Origin: Anaeromyxobacteraceae bacterium
GTDB taxonomy: Bacteria; Myxococcota; Myxococcia; Myxococcales; Anaeromyxobacteraceae
NCBI GenBank assembly: GCA_032654565.1
Contig: JAULAX010000018.1
Coordinates: 192,001 to 256,000, forward strand
Length of the DNA stretch: 64,000 bases
Reading direction: 5' to 3'
The notes under the pieces were generated by a model, which was not told the origin of the DNA, ran no database searches, and saw only the letters and a program-made list of their open reading frames with translations. A program made the translations under genes and the position numbers. Positions 9,316 through 22,687 of the stretch are shown in pieces. Numbering within the stretch: the first letter of the stretch is position 1; each line of letters opens with the position of its first letter.

Positions 9316-12272
9316 GCCTCCCCATCTTTGGACAGTCCCCCGCCGGCGCGCCGGCGAGCCCCCGCTGGCGCAGCCTGGCCGAGCGGGACGGCACCGTCGA
9401 TCCGGCGGCCGGCCTCTACCCCGACGGCGAGGAGCCGGCGCCGGAGGGCTTCTCCCGCCGCTCCTTCCTGCAGATCCTCGGCGCCTCCACGGCGCTGGCC
9501 ACGCTGGCGGCCTGCAAGCCGCCGCGCGAGCAGGTGGTGGCCTACGTCAAGCGCCCGGTCGGCGTCACCCCGAGCGTGGCCTCGCACTACGCCTCGGCGG
9601 TCTCGCGGGGCGGCTACGGCGTGGGCGTGGTGGTGGAGAGCCACGAGGGACGCCCCACCAAGATGGAGGGCAACCCCGGCCACCCGGCCAGCCTGGGCGG
9701 GGCCGGACTGCACGAGCTGGCCACCATCCTCGATCTCTACGATCCCAATCGCCTGTCGGGCGTTCGCCGCCACGGCCAGCCGGTGGCCTGGGGGGCCTTC
9801 CTCGGCGAGCTCTCGGTGATGGCCGGGGTGCTGGCCCAGGACGGCGGCGCCCGCCTGCGGGTGCTGGCCGAGCCGACCAGCTCGCCGGCCGAGGCCGACC
9901 TGCGCGCCCGGCTGCTGGCCCGCTTCCCCAGGGCCCGCATCGACAGCTGGGGGCCCATCGCCGACGACGCCGCCCGCGAAGGGACCCGGGTGGCCTTCGG
10001 CCGCCCGCTCGACCCCGAGCTCCGGCTGGTGGGGGCCGACGTGGTCCTCTCCCTCGACGCAGACTTCCTCGCCACCGAGGGCGACCACCTGCGCCACGCC
10101 CGCGACTTCGCCAGCCGGCGCGGCCAGCCCACCGGGATAAACCGGCTCTACGTGGCCGAGGCCAGCTTCACGGTCACCGGCGGCGCCGCCGATCACCGGC
10201 TGCGCATGCGCGCCTCGGAGGTGCTCGGCTTCGGCCGGGCGGTGGCGGCGGCCCTGGCCTCAGGCCACGGCCTCACCCAGCTGGCCGGGCTCGGCGCCCC
10301 GCTGGCCGGACCGCGCGGCAGGCAGGCCACCGTGGTGGCGGCCGACCTGGCCCGGGTCCGCGGCCGCGGCCTGGTGGTGGCCGGTCGGCGGCAGCCGGCG
10401 GCGGTCCACGCCCTGGCGGCTGCCCTCAACGAGGCGCTCGGCAACGCCGGCGCCACCGTGGTCTACCGCGAGTCGGCGCTGCTCGACCCGGCCAGCGGCC
10501 CGGACCGGCTGGCGGCGCTGGCCGCCGAGCTGCGCGCCGGCCAGGTGGACACGCTGGTCATCACCGCCTGGAACCCGGTCTACACCGCGCCCGCCGACCT
10601 CGACCTCGGCGCCCTGCTGGCCAGGGTGCCCAACGTCATCTACCTCGCCGCCACCGACGACGAGACCGCCCGCGCCGCCGGCGTGGTGGTGGCCGCGGCC
10701 CACCCGCTGGAGAGCTGGGGCGACCTGCGCGGCCGCGACGGCACCGCCTCCATCGTCCAGCCGCTGCTGTCGCCGCTGGTGGAGTGCGTCACCGGCCTCG
10801 ACCTGCTGGCCGCCTTCGTCGACCAGGGCCACCTGGGCGCCTGGCGGCTGGTGCGCGAGGGCTGGAAGGCGCGCGCCGGCGAGGCCGGCTTCGACCGGGC
10901 CTGGAGCGAGTGGCTGGCCTCCGGCGTGGTGACCGGCCGGTCCCTGGCCCCGGCGGCGCCGGTCAAGGCCGGGCTCGACCTGGCCCGGGTCTCCGCGGCG
11001 CTGCGGGCGGCCCCCGCCCCCGGCGCCGGGCTCGAGGCCGTCTTCGCCCCCGACGACAAGACGCTCGACGGCCGCTACGCCGGCAACGCCTGGCTGCAGG
11101 AGCTGCCCCACCCGGTCTCCAAGCTCACCTGGGACAACGCCGCCAGCCTCTCCCCGGCCACCGCGGCCCGCCTCGGCGTCAAGACCGGCAGCCAGGTGAC
11201 GCTGACCCTGCGCGGCCGCTCGCTGACCGCCGCGGTGCTGGTCCAGCCCGGCCACGCCGACGACTCGGTGACCCTGCCGCTCGGCTACGGCCGCAGCGTG
11301 GCCGGCCCGGCCGGTGCCGCGGTGGGCTTCAACGCCTACGCGCTGCGCGCCGCCGCCGCCCCCTGGATCGACGGCGGCCTGGAGCTCAAGGCCACCGGGA
11401 AGTCCCACGACCTGGCCCAGACCCAGGAGCACTTCTCCATGGAGGGGCGCTCCATCGCGCTCGCCTTCGACGTCGACAAGCTGGAGGCGGCGGCCCACGA
11501 GCTGGAGGAGCAGCGCGGCCCGCAGCCGTCGCTGCTGCCGCTCGTCGACTACGGCAAGGAGGAGTACCGCTGGGGCATGTCCATCGACCTCAGCAAGTGC
11601 ATCGGCTGCGGCGCCTGCACCCTGGCCTGCCAGGCCGAGAACAACATCCCGGTGGTGGGCAAGGAGCAGGTGCTCAACAGCCGCGAGATGCACTGGCTCC
11701 GCGTCGACCGCTACTACCAGGGCTCCGAGGCCGACCCCGAGACCGTCTCCCAGCCGCTGGCCTGCGTCCACTGCGAGCAGGCCCCCTGCGAGTACGTCTG
11801 CCCGGTCAACGCCACCGTCCACTCCGACGAGGGGTTGAACGAGATGGTCTACAACCGGTGCGTCGGCACCCGCTACTGCTCCAACAACTGCGCCTACAAG
11901 GTGCGGCGCTTCAACTACCTCGACTACCACAAGGCGGTCACCCCGCAGCTGAAGATGCTGCAGAACCCCGACGTCACCGTCCGGGCCACCGGGGTGATGG
12001 AGAAGTGCAGCTACTGCGTGCACCGCATCGAGCACGCCCGCATCGACGCCCGCGTCGCCGGCGTCAAGATCGGCGGCGACACGGTGGTCTCGGCCTGCCA
12101 GCAGGCCTGCCCGGCCCAGGCCATCGTCTTCGGCAACCTCAACGACCCCACCTCCCGGGTGGCGCGGGCCCAGCAGGGGGAGCGGCGCTACGACCTGCTC
12201 CACGAGCTCGGCACCCGCCCCCGCACCGCCTACCTGGCGCGGCTCAAGAACCCCAACCCGGAGCTGGCATGA
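9303..12272 (+). CDS. actB: alternative complex III subunit B (molybdopterin-oxidoreductase-like + Fe-S domain)
   Basis: ATG 9303; Tat motif SRRSFL and [51 protein letters not shown]. Confidence 0.92.
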   Translation: MPSLGLPIFGQSPAGAPASPRWRSLAERDGTVDPAAGLYPDGEEPAPEGFSRRSFLQILGASTALATLAACKPPREQVVAYVKRPVGVTPSVASHYASAVSRGGYGVGVVVESHEGRPTKMEGNPGHPASLGGAGLHELATILDLYDPNRLSGVRRHGQPVAWGAFLGELSVMAGVLAQDGGARLRVLAEPTSSPAEADLRARLLARFPRARIDSWGPIADDAAREGTRVAFGRPLDPELRLVGADVVLSLDADFLATEGDHLRHARDFASRRGQPTGINRLYVAEASFTVTGGAADHRLRMRASEVLGFGRAVAAALASGHGLTQLAGLGAPLAGPRGRQATVVAADLARVRGRGLVVAGRRQPAAVHALAAALNEALGNAGATVVYRESALLDPASGPDRLAALAAELRAGQVDTLVITAWNPVYTAPADLDLGALLARVPNVIYLAATDDETARAAGVVVAAAHPLESWGDLRGRDGTASIVQPLLSPLVECVTGLDLLAAFVDQGHLGAWRLVREGWKARAGEAGFDRAWSEWLASGVVTGRSLAPAAPVKAGLDLARVSAALRAAPAPGAGLEAVFAPDDKTLDGRYAGNAWLQELPHPVSKLTWDNAASLSPATAARLGVKTGSQVTLTLRGRSLTAAVLVQPGHADDSVTLPLGYGRSVAGPAGAAVGFNAYALRAAAAPWIDGGLELKATGKSHDLAQTQEHFSMEGRSIALAFDVDKLEAAAHELEEQRGPQPSLLPLVDYGKEEYRWGMSIDLSKCIGCGACTLACQAENNIPVVGKEQVLNSREMHWLRVDRYYQGSEADPETVSQPLACVHCEQAPCEYVCPVNATVHSDEGLNEMVYNRCVGTRYCSNNCAYKVRRFNYLDYHKAVTPQLKMLQNPDVTVRATGVMEKCSYCVHRIEHARIDARVAGVKIGGDTVVSACQQACPAQAIVFGNLNDPTSRVARAQQGERRYDLLHELGTRPRTAYLARLKNPNPELA

Positions 12273-13690
12273 GCTCGAAGCCCGCCACCGCCGCCGTCCT
12301 CGACCCGCTGGAGCCGGTCCCGGTCCTGGTGGGGCGCCCCGACGACCGGGCCCTCACCGAGGCGCTGCTCAAGCCGCTCTACGCCCCCACCACCCGCGGC
12401 TGGAAGCTGCTGATCACCGCGCTGGCCGCCGGCACCGGCTTCTGGCTGCTCTCGCTGGCCACCACCCTGGTGGTCGGCATCGGCGCCTGGGGCAACAACA
12501 TCCCGGTGGCCTGGGCCTTCGACATCACCAACTTCGTCTGGTGGATCGGCATCGGCCACGCCGGCACGCTGATCAGCGCCATCCTCCTCCTCTTCCAGCA
12601 GAAGTGGCGCACCTCGATCAACCGCTTCGCCGAGGCCATGACCCTGTTCGCGGTGGCCATGGCCGGCATCTACCCCATCATCCACCTCGGCCGCCCCTGG
12701 TTCTTCTGGTGGCTGATGCCGTACCCGGCCACCACCCAGCTCTGGCCCAACTTCAAGAGCGCGCTGCCGTGGGACGTCTTCGCCATCTCCACCTACGCCA
12801 CCGTCTCCTTCCTCTTCTGGTACATCGGGCTCATCCCCGACCTGGCCACGCTGCGCGACACCGCCCCCACCCGGCTGAAGCGGACCATCTACGGCCTCTT
12901 CGCCTTCGGCTGGCGCGGCTCGGCCCGGGCCTGGCAGCACTACCGCATCGGCTACCTGCTGATGGCCGGGCTGGGCACGCCGCTGGTGGTCTCGGTGCAC
13001 ACCATCGTCAGCTTCGACTTCGCCATCTCCCAGCTGCCCGGCTGGCACACCACCATCTTCCCGCCCTACTTCGTGGCCGGCGCCATCTTCTCCGGCTTCG
13101 CCATGGTGGTGACGCTGATGATCCCGGCCCGGAAGATCCTCGGGATCGAGGACGTCATCACCATGAAGCACCTCGACAACATGGCCAAGGTCATCCTGGC
13201 CACCGGGATGATGGTCTCCTACGGCTACGCCATGGAGCACTTCATGGCCTGGTACGGCGGAAACAAGTACGAGGCCTTCGCCTTCATCAACCGCTGGACC
13301 GGCCCCTACGCCCCGGTCTGGTACATGCAGCTCTTCTGCAACGTGCTGGCGCCGCAGGTCTTCTGGTTCCCGTCGCTGCGCCGCAACCTCAAGGTGCTCT
13401 TCCTGGTCTCCATCCTCGTCAACATCGGCATGTGGGCGGAGCGCTTCATCATCATCGCCGTCTCGCTGCACCGCGACTTCATCCCCTCCAGCTGGGCCAT
13501 GTACTCGCCCACCTGGGTGGACTGGGGGCTGCTCTTCGGCTCGATGTGCACCTTCGGCGTGCTCTTCCTGCTCTTCCTGCGCTTCCTCCCGGTCATCCCC
13601 ATCGCCGAGGTCAAGGAGCTGCGCCGCGAGCTGGATCACCTCGACGCCCAGGCGGCCGGCCACGGCGCCACCGGGGAGGGGACGCCGTGA
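12269..13690 (+). CDS. actC: alternative complex III NrfD/PsrC-type membrane subunit C
   Basis: ATGA overlap; [48 protein letters not shown]. Confidence 0.93.
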   Translation: MSSKPATAAVLDPLEPVPVLVGRPDDRALTEALLKPLYAPTTRGWKLLITALAAGTGFWLLSLATTLVVGIGAWGNNIPVAWAFDITNFVWWIGIGHAGTLISAILLLFQQKWRTSINRFAEAMTLFAVAMAGIYPIIHLGRPWFFWWLMPYPATTQLWPNFKSALPWDVFAISTYATVSFLFWYIGLIPDLATLRDTAPTRLKRTIYGLFAFGWRGSARAWQHYRIGYLLMAGLGTPLVVSVHTIVSFDFAISQLPGWHTTIFPPYFVAGAIFSGFAMVVTLMIPARKILGIEDVITMKHLDNMAKVILATGMMVSYGYAMEHFMAWYGGNKYEAFAFINRWTGPYAPVWYMQLFCNVLAPQVFWFPSLRRNLKVLFLVSILVNIGMWAERFIIIAVSLHRDFIPSSWAMYSPTWVDWGLLFGSMCTFGVLFLLFLRFLPVIPIAEVKELRRELDHLDAQAAGHGATGEGTP

Positions 13691-14211
13691 GGAGCTACGT
13701 GGTCGCCGAGTTCGCCGCCGAGGGGCCGCTGCTGGCGGCGGCCCGCGCGCTGCGCGCCGAGGGGCAGGCCGAGCTCGACCTCCACTCGCCGGTGCCGCTG
13801 CACGGCTCCGACGAGGCGCTGGGGCTGAAGAAGTCGATCGTGCCGCGCCTGGCGCTGGTGGCCGGGCTGACCGGGGCCGTCACCGGCTACCTGATGCAGT
13901 GGTTCATGGTGGGGCTGGCCTGGCCCATCAACGTCGGCGGCCGCCCGCCGCACAGCCCGCCCGCCTTCATCCCGGTCACCTTCGAGCTGGGCATCCTCTT
14001 CGCCGCGCTCACCATCTTCTTCGGGCTCTTCAAGCTGTGGGGCATGCCCCGGCTGCACCACCCGGTCTTCGAGGTGGAGGCCTTCCGCAGCGCCTCGGTG
14101 GACGGTCTCTGGCTCTCCGCGGTGGTGAGCCCCGCCGAGGCCGCCGCCACGGCGGCGCGGCTGCGCGCCCTGGGCGCCCGCCAGGTCGAGATCGTGGAGG
14201 ACGCCTCGTGA
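13687..14211 (+). CDS. actD: alternative complex III subunit D (DUF3341)
   Basis: GTGA overlap; [28 protein letters not shown]. Confidence 0.88.
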   Translation: MRSYVVAEFAAEGPLLAAARALRAEGQAELDLHSPVPLHGSDEALGLKKSIVPRLALVAGLTGAVTGYLMQWFMVGLAWPINVGGRPPHSPPAFIPVTFELGILFAALTIFFGLFKLWGMPRLHHPVFEVEAFRSASVDGLWLSAVVSPAEAAATAARLRALGARQVEIVEDAS

Positions 14212-14783
14212 GCCGCCGCCACCTCGCCCTGCTCCTCCCCGTGGCCCTGCTGGCCGGCTGCCCGGCCTGGGACCCCATGCAGCGCCAGGCCAAGTACAAG
14301 GCCTACCAGTCGAGCGAGTTCCACCCCGACGGCCTGGCCATGCGCACCCCGCCGGCCGGCACCGTCCCCTACGGCTCGGTGGGCGATCCCGCGGTGCAGG
14401 CCGGCGTCGGCCCGGACGGCAAGCCGCTGCCGCTGGCGCCGGTGCCGCTCACCCCGCAGCTGCTGGCGACCGGGCGGAAGAAGTTCGACATCCACTGCGC
14501 CGTCTGCCACGGCCTGGTCGGCGACGGCCAGAGCCAGGTGGCGCTCAACATGTCGCTGCGCAAGCCGCCCGACCTGCACCGCTACCGCGACGTGGCCGAC
14601 GGCTACCTCTTCCAGGTCATCTCCCAGGGGTTCGGCCTGATGCCCGGCTACGCCGGCGACCTCACCCCCGAGGAGCGCTGGGGCGTGGTCGGGTACGTCC
14701 GGGCCCTGCAGCTCTCGCAGCACGCCAGCGCCGCCCAGGTGCCCCCCGAGACCCTGCAGAAGCTCCAAGGAGACGTCCGATGA
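14208..14783 (+). CDS. actE: alternative complex III monoheme cytochrome c lipoprotein E
   Basis: LAGC lipobox, MQRQAKYK, MRTPPAGTVP, CAVCHG, GFGLMPGY. Confidence 0.88.
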   Translation: MSRRHLALLLPVALLAGCPAWDPMQRQAKYKAYQSSEFHPDGLAMRTPPAGTVPYGSVGDPAVQAGVGPDGKPLPLAPVPLTPQLLATGRKKFDIHCAVCHGLVGDGQSQVALNMSLRKPPDLHRYRDVADGYLFQVISQGFGLMPGYAGDLTPEERWGVVGYVRALQLSQHASAAQVPPETLQKLQGDVR

Positions 14784-15961
14784 CCGCCACGCCGTTCCAG
14801 GGCGGCCGCCGCCTCGTCACCCTCGCCGGGATCGTCGGCGCCGCCGGGCTGGGCCTGACGGCGCTGGGGGGGCTCGCCGATCCGCGCCAGGCGCTGGCCT
14901 CCTACCTGGTGGCCTTCGTCTACTGGGTGGGCATCGCCGTGGGCGCCCTGGTGCTGCTCGGGGCCCTGCACGCCGCCAAGGCCCGCTGGCCGGTGGTGCT
15001 GCGCCGCTTCCTCGAGACCATCCCCCAGACCCTGCCGCTCTTCGCGCTGCTCTTCCTCCCCATCGCCCTCGGCCTGCGCCACCTCTTCGCCTGGGTCGAC
15101 CCCTCCGGCGCCACCGGCGAGCTGCTCCACGCCATCGAGCACAAGCGCCCCTACCTGAACGTGCCGTTCTTCCTGGCCCGGGCCGCCTTCTACTTCGCCG
15201 TCTGGATCACCGTGGCCACGCTGCTGCGCCGCTGGAGCGTCCGCCAGGACTCCGAAGGCGGCCACCAGCTCACCGCCTGGCAGCGCCGCCTCGGCACCGG
15301 GGCGCTCCCGCTCCTGGCGCTGACCCTCTCCTTCGCCTCCTTCGACTGGATGATGTCGCTCGACCCGCGCTTCTTCTCCACCATCTTCGGGGTCTACTGG
15401 TTCGCCGGCAGCTTCCTGGCCTGCTTCGCGGTGCTGATCATCGCCGCCGCCGCCACCCGCGCCGACCCCGGCCAGTTCGGCCATCACCTCAACGTCGACC
15501 ACGTCCACTCGCTGGGGAAGTTCCTGCTCGCCTTCACCGCCTTCTGGGCCTACATCGGCTTCTCCCAGTTCATGCTGATCTGGATCGCCAACATCCCCGA
15601 GGAGATCCCCTGGTACGTGGTCCGCACCGACTCGCCCTGGGGGCGGGTGGGGATCTTCCTGGCGGTGGCCCACTTCGCCGTCCCCTTCTTCCTGCTCCTC
15701 TCCCGCGAGCTGAAGCGCGACCCGCGCCGGCTGGCCGCGGTGGCCGCCTGGATCCTGCTGGTCCACTTCGTCGACCTGCACTGGGTGATCATGCCCCGCA
15801 TCCACGAGGCCGGGCCGCGCCTCTCCTGGCTCGACCTCACCGCCTTCGTCGGCGTCGGCGGGGTGGCCCTGGCCTTCCTGGTCTTCCGCATGCGCGGCGT
15901 CGCCACCGTGCCGGTCCGCGATCCCTACCTGGAGGAGTCGCTGAGGTACCAGCCGCAATGA
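14780..15961 (+). CDS. actF: alternative complex III membrane subunit F
   Basis: Polytopic; KRPYLNVPFF, DWMMSLDP, SQFMLIWIANIPEE. Confidence 0.88.
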   Translation: MTATPFQGGRRLVTLAGIVGAAGLGLTALGGLADPRQALASYLVAFVYWVGIAVGALVLLGALHAAKARWPVVLRRFLETIPQTLPLFALLFLPIALGLRHLFAWVDPSGATGELLHAIEHKRPYLNVPFFLARAAFYFAVWITVATLLRRWSVRQDSEGGHQLTAWQRRLGTGALPLLALTLSFASFDWMMSLDPRFFSTIFGVYWFAGSFLACFAVLIIAAAATRADPGQFGHHLNVDHVHSLGKFLLAFTAFWAYIGFSQFMLIWIANIPEEIPWYVVRTDSPWGRVGIFLAVAHFAVPFFLLLSRELKRDPRRLAAVAAWILLVHFVDLHWVIMPRIHEAGPRLSWLDLTAFVGVGGVALAFLVFRMRGVATVPVRDPYLEESLRYQPQ

Positions 15962-16455
15962 GCCACCCCCACGACAGCGGCGCCCACCCGCGCGCCGAGA
16001 ACGATCGCGTCGACTCCCGCTCCGTCCTGATGGTCGGCTTCGGCGCCCTGGCCATCTTCATCCTGGCCGGGGCCGGGGCCGTGACCTGGATCCGCCACAG
16101 CAACGCGGTGACGCCGCAGGCCGCCCTGCCGCCCGAGGTCGGGCAGTCCAAGATCGGGCTGGTGGAGCAGCAGCTCTTCGACACCACCCTGCGCGGCGCC
16201 CGCGACGCGGCGGCGCGCCGGGCCCACCTCGACGGCACCGGCTGGGTCGATCGCCAGGCCGGCGTGCTCCACATCCCCATCGCCCAGGCCATGGCCCTGG
16301 TGGCCGAGGGGGTCCGCGTCCCCGCCGGCGAGGGGCCGCCGCCGCCGGCCATCGGCGCCGCCAACGGAGGGGCCGACGCCCCCGGGGCCACGCCGCCCGC
16401 CGCCCCGGGCGCCGCCGCGGCGCTCCCCGCCCCAGGCGGAAGGAAGCGCCCGTGA
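15958..16455 (+). CDS. single-TM ACIII accessory protein (ActG-like)
   Basis: One TM, GWVDRQAGVLHIPI..AM motif, located between actF and SCO. Confidence 0.65.
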   Translation: MSHPHDSGAHPRAENDRVDSRSVLMVGFGALAIFILAGAGAVTWIRHSNAVTPQAALPPEVGQSKIGLVEQQLFDTTLRGARDAAARRAHLDGTGWVDRQAGVLHIPIAQAMALVAEGVRVPAGEGPPPPAIGAANGGADAPGATPPAAPGAAAALPAPGGRKRP

Positions 16456-17312
16456 CCCGCGCGCCTCGCCTCGCCGCCGCCGCCGCCCTGGCCGGCCTGC
16501 TCGCCCTGGCCGGGCCGGCCCGCGCCGACTTCTGGAAGTCGAAGGGGATGGCGGCCACCTCCCCGGTCGACGTCGCCCCCGCGGTGCTCGACGAGGTGCG
16601 CGTCGACGAGCAGCTCGGCGCCCAGCTCCCGCTCGACGCCACCTTCACCGACGCCGCCGGCCAGCCGGTCCGGCTCGGCTCGGTCTTCGGCCAGGGCAAG
16701 CCGGTGGTGCTGGCGCTGGTCTACTACGACTGCCCCATGCTCTGCGGCCTGATCCAGTCGGGCATGGCCCGCGCCATGCGCGAGAACGGGCTGGAGCTGG
16801 GGCGCGACTTCAGCGCGCTCACCATCTCCTTCGATCCCGAGGAGAAGCCGGCGCAGGCCCGCGAGCGGCAGCGCGGCTACCTGCAGTCGATCGGCCTGAC
16901 CGAGGACTCCGGGGGCTGGCGCTTCTGGGTGGACCGGGCCGGGGCCTCGAGGCGGGTGGCCGACACCGTCGGCTTCCACTACGCCAAGGACGCCGCCACC
17001 GGCGAGTGGGCCCACATGGCCTCGATCTTCGTCCTCACCCCCGACGGCAAGGTCTCCCGCTACCTCTACGGCATCGACTTCCCACCCAAGGACTTCCGCC
17101 TCTCGCTGGTCGAGGCCGCCGGCGGCCGGGTCGGCACCAGCTTCGACAAGCTCATCCTCACCTGCTTCCGCTACGACCCCGCCTCGCGCAAGTACCAGCC
17201 CTTCGCCTTCGGCCTGCTGCGGCTGGGCGGCGGGGTGGCCATGGTGGCGCTGGCTGGCTTGATCGCCGGGCTGCTCTGGCGGGAGCGCAGGAAGGCCAGG
17301 CCGACGGCATGA
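16452..17312 (+). CDS. SCO1/SenC-family copper chaperone
   Basis: YYDCPMLC (CxxxC), ISFDP, conserved His in WAH, SRYLYGIDF. Confidence 0.9.
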   Translation: MTRAPRLAAAAALAGLLALAGPARADFWKSKGMAATSPVDVAPAVLDEVRVDEQLGAQLPLDATFTDAAGQPVRLGSVFGQGKPVVLALVYYDCPMLCGLIQSGMARAMRENGLELGRDFSALTISFDPEEKPAQARERQRGYLQSIGLTEDSGGWRFWVDRAGASRRVADTVGFHYAKDAATGEWAHMASIFVLTPDGKVSRYLYGIDFPPKDFRLSLVEAAGGRVGTSFDKLILTCFRYDPASRKYQPFAFGLLRLGGGVAMVALAGLIAGLLWRERRKARPTA

Positions 17313-18338
17313 ACGACCTCCTCCGCAGGCTGCTCTTCCTCCCCACCCAGCTGTCGGAGCACGCTCGCGACGTCGACGGGCTCCACTTCTTCGTGGTGGT
17401 CACCACCATGGTGGCCGGGCTGCTCATCTTCGCCACCGCGCTGGCCTTCATGATCCGCTACCGGCGGCGCTCCGAGGGCGAGACCACCCCCGAGGTGCAG
17501 CCCAAGCACTGGCACGAGGCGGTCTTCGTCGGCGTGCCGCTGGCCTTCTTCCTGCTCTGGTTCGCCATCGGCTACCCCCAGTTCGTGGAGACCACCCAGC
17601 CGCCCCCCGGGGCCATGGACGTCTTCGTGCAGGGCAAGAAGTGGATGTGGAAGTTCGCCTACCAGGGCGGCCCGTCGTCGCTCGACGTGCTGCGGGTGCC
17701 GGTGGGCCGGCCGGTGCGGCTGCTCATCACCTCGCGCGACGTCATCCACTCCTTCTACGTGCCGGAGCTGCGGCTCAAGCTCGACGCCCTGCCGGGCCGC
17801 TACACCCAGACCTGGTTCCAGCCGGAGGTGGCGGGCCGCTACCAGGTCTTCTGCGCCGAGTACTGCGGCCTCTCCCACTCCGGGATGCTGGCCGAGCTGG
17901 TGGTGATGCCGGCCGCCGAGTTCGACGCCTGGATCGCCGACCAGCGTCGCGGCGAGGCCCGCGCCCAGGACGCCGCGCTCACCGCCGGCGAGCAGGGCCT
18001 GCCCGGCTCCTCGATCCTGGAGCAGGGGCGCCGCGTCGCCGCCGACCAGGGCTGCCTCAAGTGCCACTCGGTGGACGGCTCCCGGCACATCGGGCCGACC
18101 TTCATCGACCTGTACGGCCGCAAGGAGAAGCTCACCACCGGCGAGGTGGTCGTCGCCGACGAGGCCTACCTGACCCGGTCGATGATGGACCCGGCCGCCC
18201 AGCTGGTGGCCGGCTTCCAGAACGTCATGCCGAGCTTCCAGGGGCGGATGTCGCCCCCCGAGGTGGCCTCGGTCGTCGAGTACATCAAGTCGCTCAAGAC
18301 CCCGGCCGTCTCCGCCGGGCCGTCGGAGGGCCCGGTCT

Positions 18339-18361
<23 letters not shown>
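17309..18361 (+). CDS. coxB: cytochrome c oxidase subunit II with fused cytochrome c (caa3)
   Basis: DVIHSF, CuA motif CAEYCGLSHSGM, C-terminal CLKCH...MPSF. Confidence 0.93.
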
Positions 18362-19989
<1,628 letters not shown>

Positions 19990-19997
<8 letters not shown>

Positions 19998-20613
19998 CGC
20001 CGTCGCCCACCACTTCGAGAGCCTGGAGAAGCAGGGCCAGGCCCAGCGGCTCGGCATGTGGCTCTTCCTGGCCACCGAGGTGCTGCTCTTCACGGCGCTC
20101 TTCGCCGCCTACGGTGTCTATCGCTACCTCTACACCGAGGCCTTCGCGCAGGCCTCCCGCGGGCTGGAGACCTGGCTGGGCGGCGTCAACACCTTCGTGC
20201 TGGTGACCAGCTCCTTCACCGTGGCCATGGGGCTGGACGCCATCGTCAAGGGGAAGAACCGGCGCACCGCGCTGCTCTTCGGCCTCTCCATCCTGATGGG
20301 CTGCGTCTTCATGGTGCTCAAGGGGATCGAGTACCGCCACCACTTCCTGCACGCCGAGCTCCCCGGCCAGTTCTACGGCGGGCCCATCGCCGGCTCGGGC
20401 GGGTCGATGTTCTTCGCCCTCTACTTCCTCATCACCGGGCTCCACGCCTTCCACGTGGTGGTGGGCATGACGGTGCTGGGGGTGATCGGGGCCCGGGCCT
20501 GGATGGGCAAGTACGACGCGCAGTACCACGTGCCGGTGGAGCTGGCGGGGCTCTACTGGCACCTCGTCGACCTGATCTGGATCTTCGTCTTCCCGCTCAT
20601 CTACCTGATCTGA
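19990..20613 (+). CDS. coxC: cytochrome c oxidase subunit III
   Basis: GMWLFLATE, TGLHAFHV, GLYWHLVDLIW. Confidence 0.93.
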
Positions 20614-20627
20614 ACCGGAGCGACCCG

Positions 20628-21041
20628 ATGTCCGAACACAGCAGCGCCGCCGCCGCCACCGCCCACTCGCACGCCGGGCGCTACCTGGTGGTCTGGGCGG
20701 CGCTCATGGCGCTCACCGCGCTCACCTGGGGGCTCTCCACGGTCCACGTCACCGGCTTCGGCGGGGTGGCGCTGGCGCTCGGCATCGCCACCGTCAAGGG
20801 GACGCTGGTGGCGCTCTTCTTCATGCACCTCTGGGACCAGCCCGGCCCCAACCGGCTGGTGCTGGTCACCTCGCTGATCTTCGTGGCCCTGCTCATCGCC
20901 TTGCCGCTGCTCGACAACGCCACCCGCTTCCCGCTGGCCAACCCGCCCGACGCCGAGACCGCGCCGCAGCGAATCCGCGACGCCATCCTCAACGACGCGC
21001 CGCCGCCGGCCACGGCCCACCCGGCCCCCGCCCACCCCTGA
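20628..21041 (+). CDS. cytochrome c oxidase subunit IV family
   Basis: ATG 20628; three TM helices, K..LVALFFMHL. Confidence 0.85.
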   Translation: MSEHSSAAAATAHSHAGRYLVVWAALMALTALTWGLSTVHVTGFGGVALALGIATVKGTLVALFFMHLWDQPGPNRLVLVTSLIFVALLIALPLLDNATRFPLANPPDAETAPQRIRDAILNDAPPPATAHPAPAHP

Positions 21042-21111
21042 TCCCGGCCCGGGCGGGTCGCCGCGCCGGGAGCGTGACAGCCCCCCGGCTTTGGCCGATG
21101 CTGGCGCCGCC

Positions 21112-22536
21112 ATGACCACCCCGGATCCGAAGGCCGAAGTCCGCCGCATCTTCGACGCCCAGGTCGCCAACCGCTGGGTCATCGCCTCCTCGACGGCAGA
21201 CCAGCGCATCGAGCGACTCACCCGGCTGCGGGCCGCCATGCAGGCGCGCCGGCTGGAGCTGCTGGAGGCCATCCACGCCGACTTCGGCAAGCAGGCGGTG
21301 GAGGCCGAGATGACCGAGCTGTTCCCGGTCATCGAGGAGGTGAACCTGGCCATCCACCAGCTGCGGCGCTGGATGAAGCCCCGCCGCGTCGGCACCCCGC
21401 TGCTCCTGCTCGGCTCGCGCAGCGAGGTCCGCTCCGAGGCCAAGGGGGTGGTGCTGCTGCTGGCCCCCTGGAACTACCCCTTCGGCCTGGCGCTCTGCCC
21501 GGTGGTGGCGGCGCTGGCCGCCGGCAACACCGTGATGCTCCGCCCCTCGGAGAAGACGCCGCGCACCGCCCGCTTCATCCGCGACCTGCTCGGCCGGGTC
21601 TTCCCGGAGAACGAGGTGGCGGTGCTGGTGGGGGATCGCTCGGTGGCCGACGCCCTGCTGGAGCTCCCCTTCGACCACATCCTCTTCACCGGCAGCGCCA
21701 GCGTCGGGCGCAAGGTGATGGCCGCCGCCGCCCGCCACCTGACCCCGGTGACCCTGGAGCTGGGCGGCAAGTCGCCGGTCTTCGTCGACCAGACCGCCGA
21801 CGTCGAGGTCGCCGCCGAGCGGCTGGCCTGGGCCAAGTTCGTCAACGCCGGGCAGACCTGCCTGGCCCCCGACTACGTGCTGGTGCACGAGTCGGTGGCG
21901 CCGCGGCTGGAGGTGGCGCTGCGCGCCGCCATCGAGCGGTTCTACGGCGCCGACGAGGAGACCCGGCTGCGCAGCGTCGACCTGGCCAGCCTGGTGGACT
22001 CGGCCTCGGCGGCGCGGCTGGCGAGGGCGGTGAAGGAGACGGTGGCGCGCGGCGCCCGGCTGGTGGTGGGCGGCGCGGTCGACGAGGCGGGGCGGCGCAT
22101 GTCGCCCACCGTGCTGGCCGACGTCGCCGAGGACAGCGCCATCATGGCCGAGGAGATCTTCGGCCCGGTGCTGCCGCTGCTCACCTACCGCGACCTCGGC
22201 GAGGCCATCCGGCGGGTCCAGGCGCGCCCCAAGCCGCTCGGCCTCTACATCTTCAGCCGGTCGGACCCGGCGGTGGAGCAGGTGCTCCGCGCCACCAGCG
22301 CCGGCGGCACCTGCGTGAACAACGCCTTGCTCCACTACGCCAACCCGTACCTGCCGTTCGGCGGTGTCGGCGAGAGCGGCATGGGGAGCTACCACGGCCG
22401 CTGGGGCTTCGAGGCCATGTCCCACACCCGGGCGGTGCTCCACCAGACCTTCTGGGCCAGCACCAAGCTGCTCTTCCCGCCCTACACCTCCAGGGTGGCC
22501 GGCTTCGTGGCCTTCCTGCGGCGCATCACCGGGTGA
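21112..22536 (+). CDS. NAD(P)-dependent aldehyde dehydrogenase (ALDH3-like)
   Basis: PWNYP, FTGS, LELGGKSP, NAGQTC, EEIFGP, PFGGVGESGMG. Confidence 0.92.
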   Translation: MTTPDPKAEVRRIFDAQVANRWVIASSTADQRIERLTRLRAAMQARRLELLEAIHADFGKQAVEAEMTELFPVIEEVNLAIHQLRRWMKPRRVGTPLLLLGSRSEVRSEAKGVVLLLAPWNYPFGLALCPVVAALAAGNTVMLRPSEKTPRTARFIRDLLGRVFPENEVAVLVGDRSVADALLELPFDHILFTGSASVGRKVMAAAARHLTPVTLELGGKSPVFVDQTADVEVAAERLAWAKFVNAGQTCLAPDYVLVHESVAPRLEVALRAAIERFYGADEETRLRSVDLASLVDSASAARLARAVKETVARGARLVVGGAVDEAGRRMSPTVLADVAEDSAIMAEEIFGPVLPLLTYRDLGEAIRRVQARPKPLGLYIFSRSDPAVEQVLRATSAGGTCVNNALLHYANPYLPFGGVGESGMGSYHGRWGFEAMSHTRAVLHQTFWASTKLLFPPYTSRVAGFVAFLRRITG

Positions 22537-22640
22537 TACCAGGCCCCGTCAGCCCCCCATTCGGGCGGGCAACGGATGCGCCTAAATTGCGCTGGCCGCA
22601 AGGAATGCGCCCCCACCTCACCGAATCGGCCTAAACTTGC

Positions 22641-22656
22641 CGGTACGCGGCTTGCT
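22641..22656 (+). promoter_or_regulatory. sigma54 (-24/-12) promoter
   Basis: CGGTACG-CGGC-TTGCT versus TGGCACG-N4-TTGCW; dyad TGCGCC-TAAAT-TGCGCT upstream at 22577-22593. Confidence 0.65.
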
Positions 22657-22687
22657 AAGCGAACGGTGACAGGTGCCGCCGGCCTCC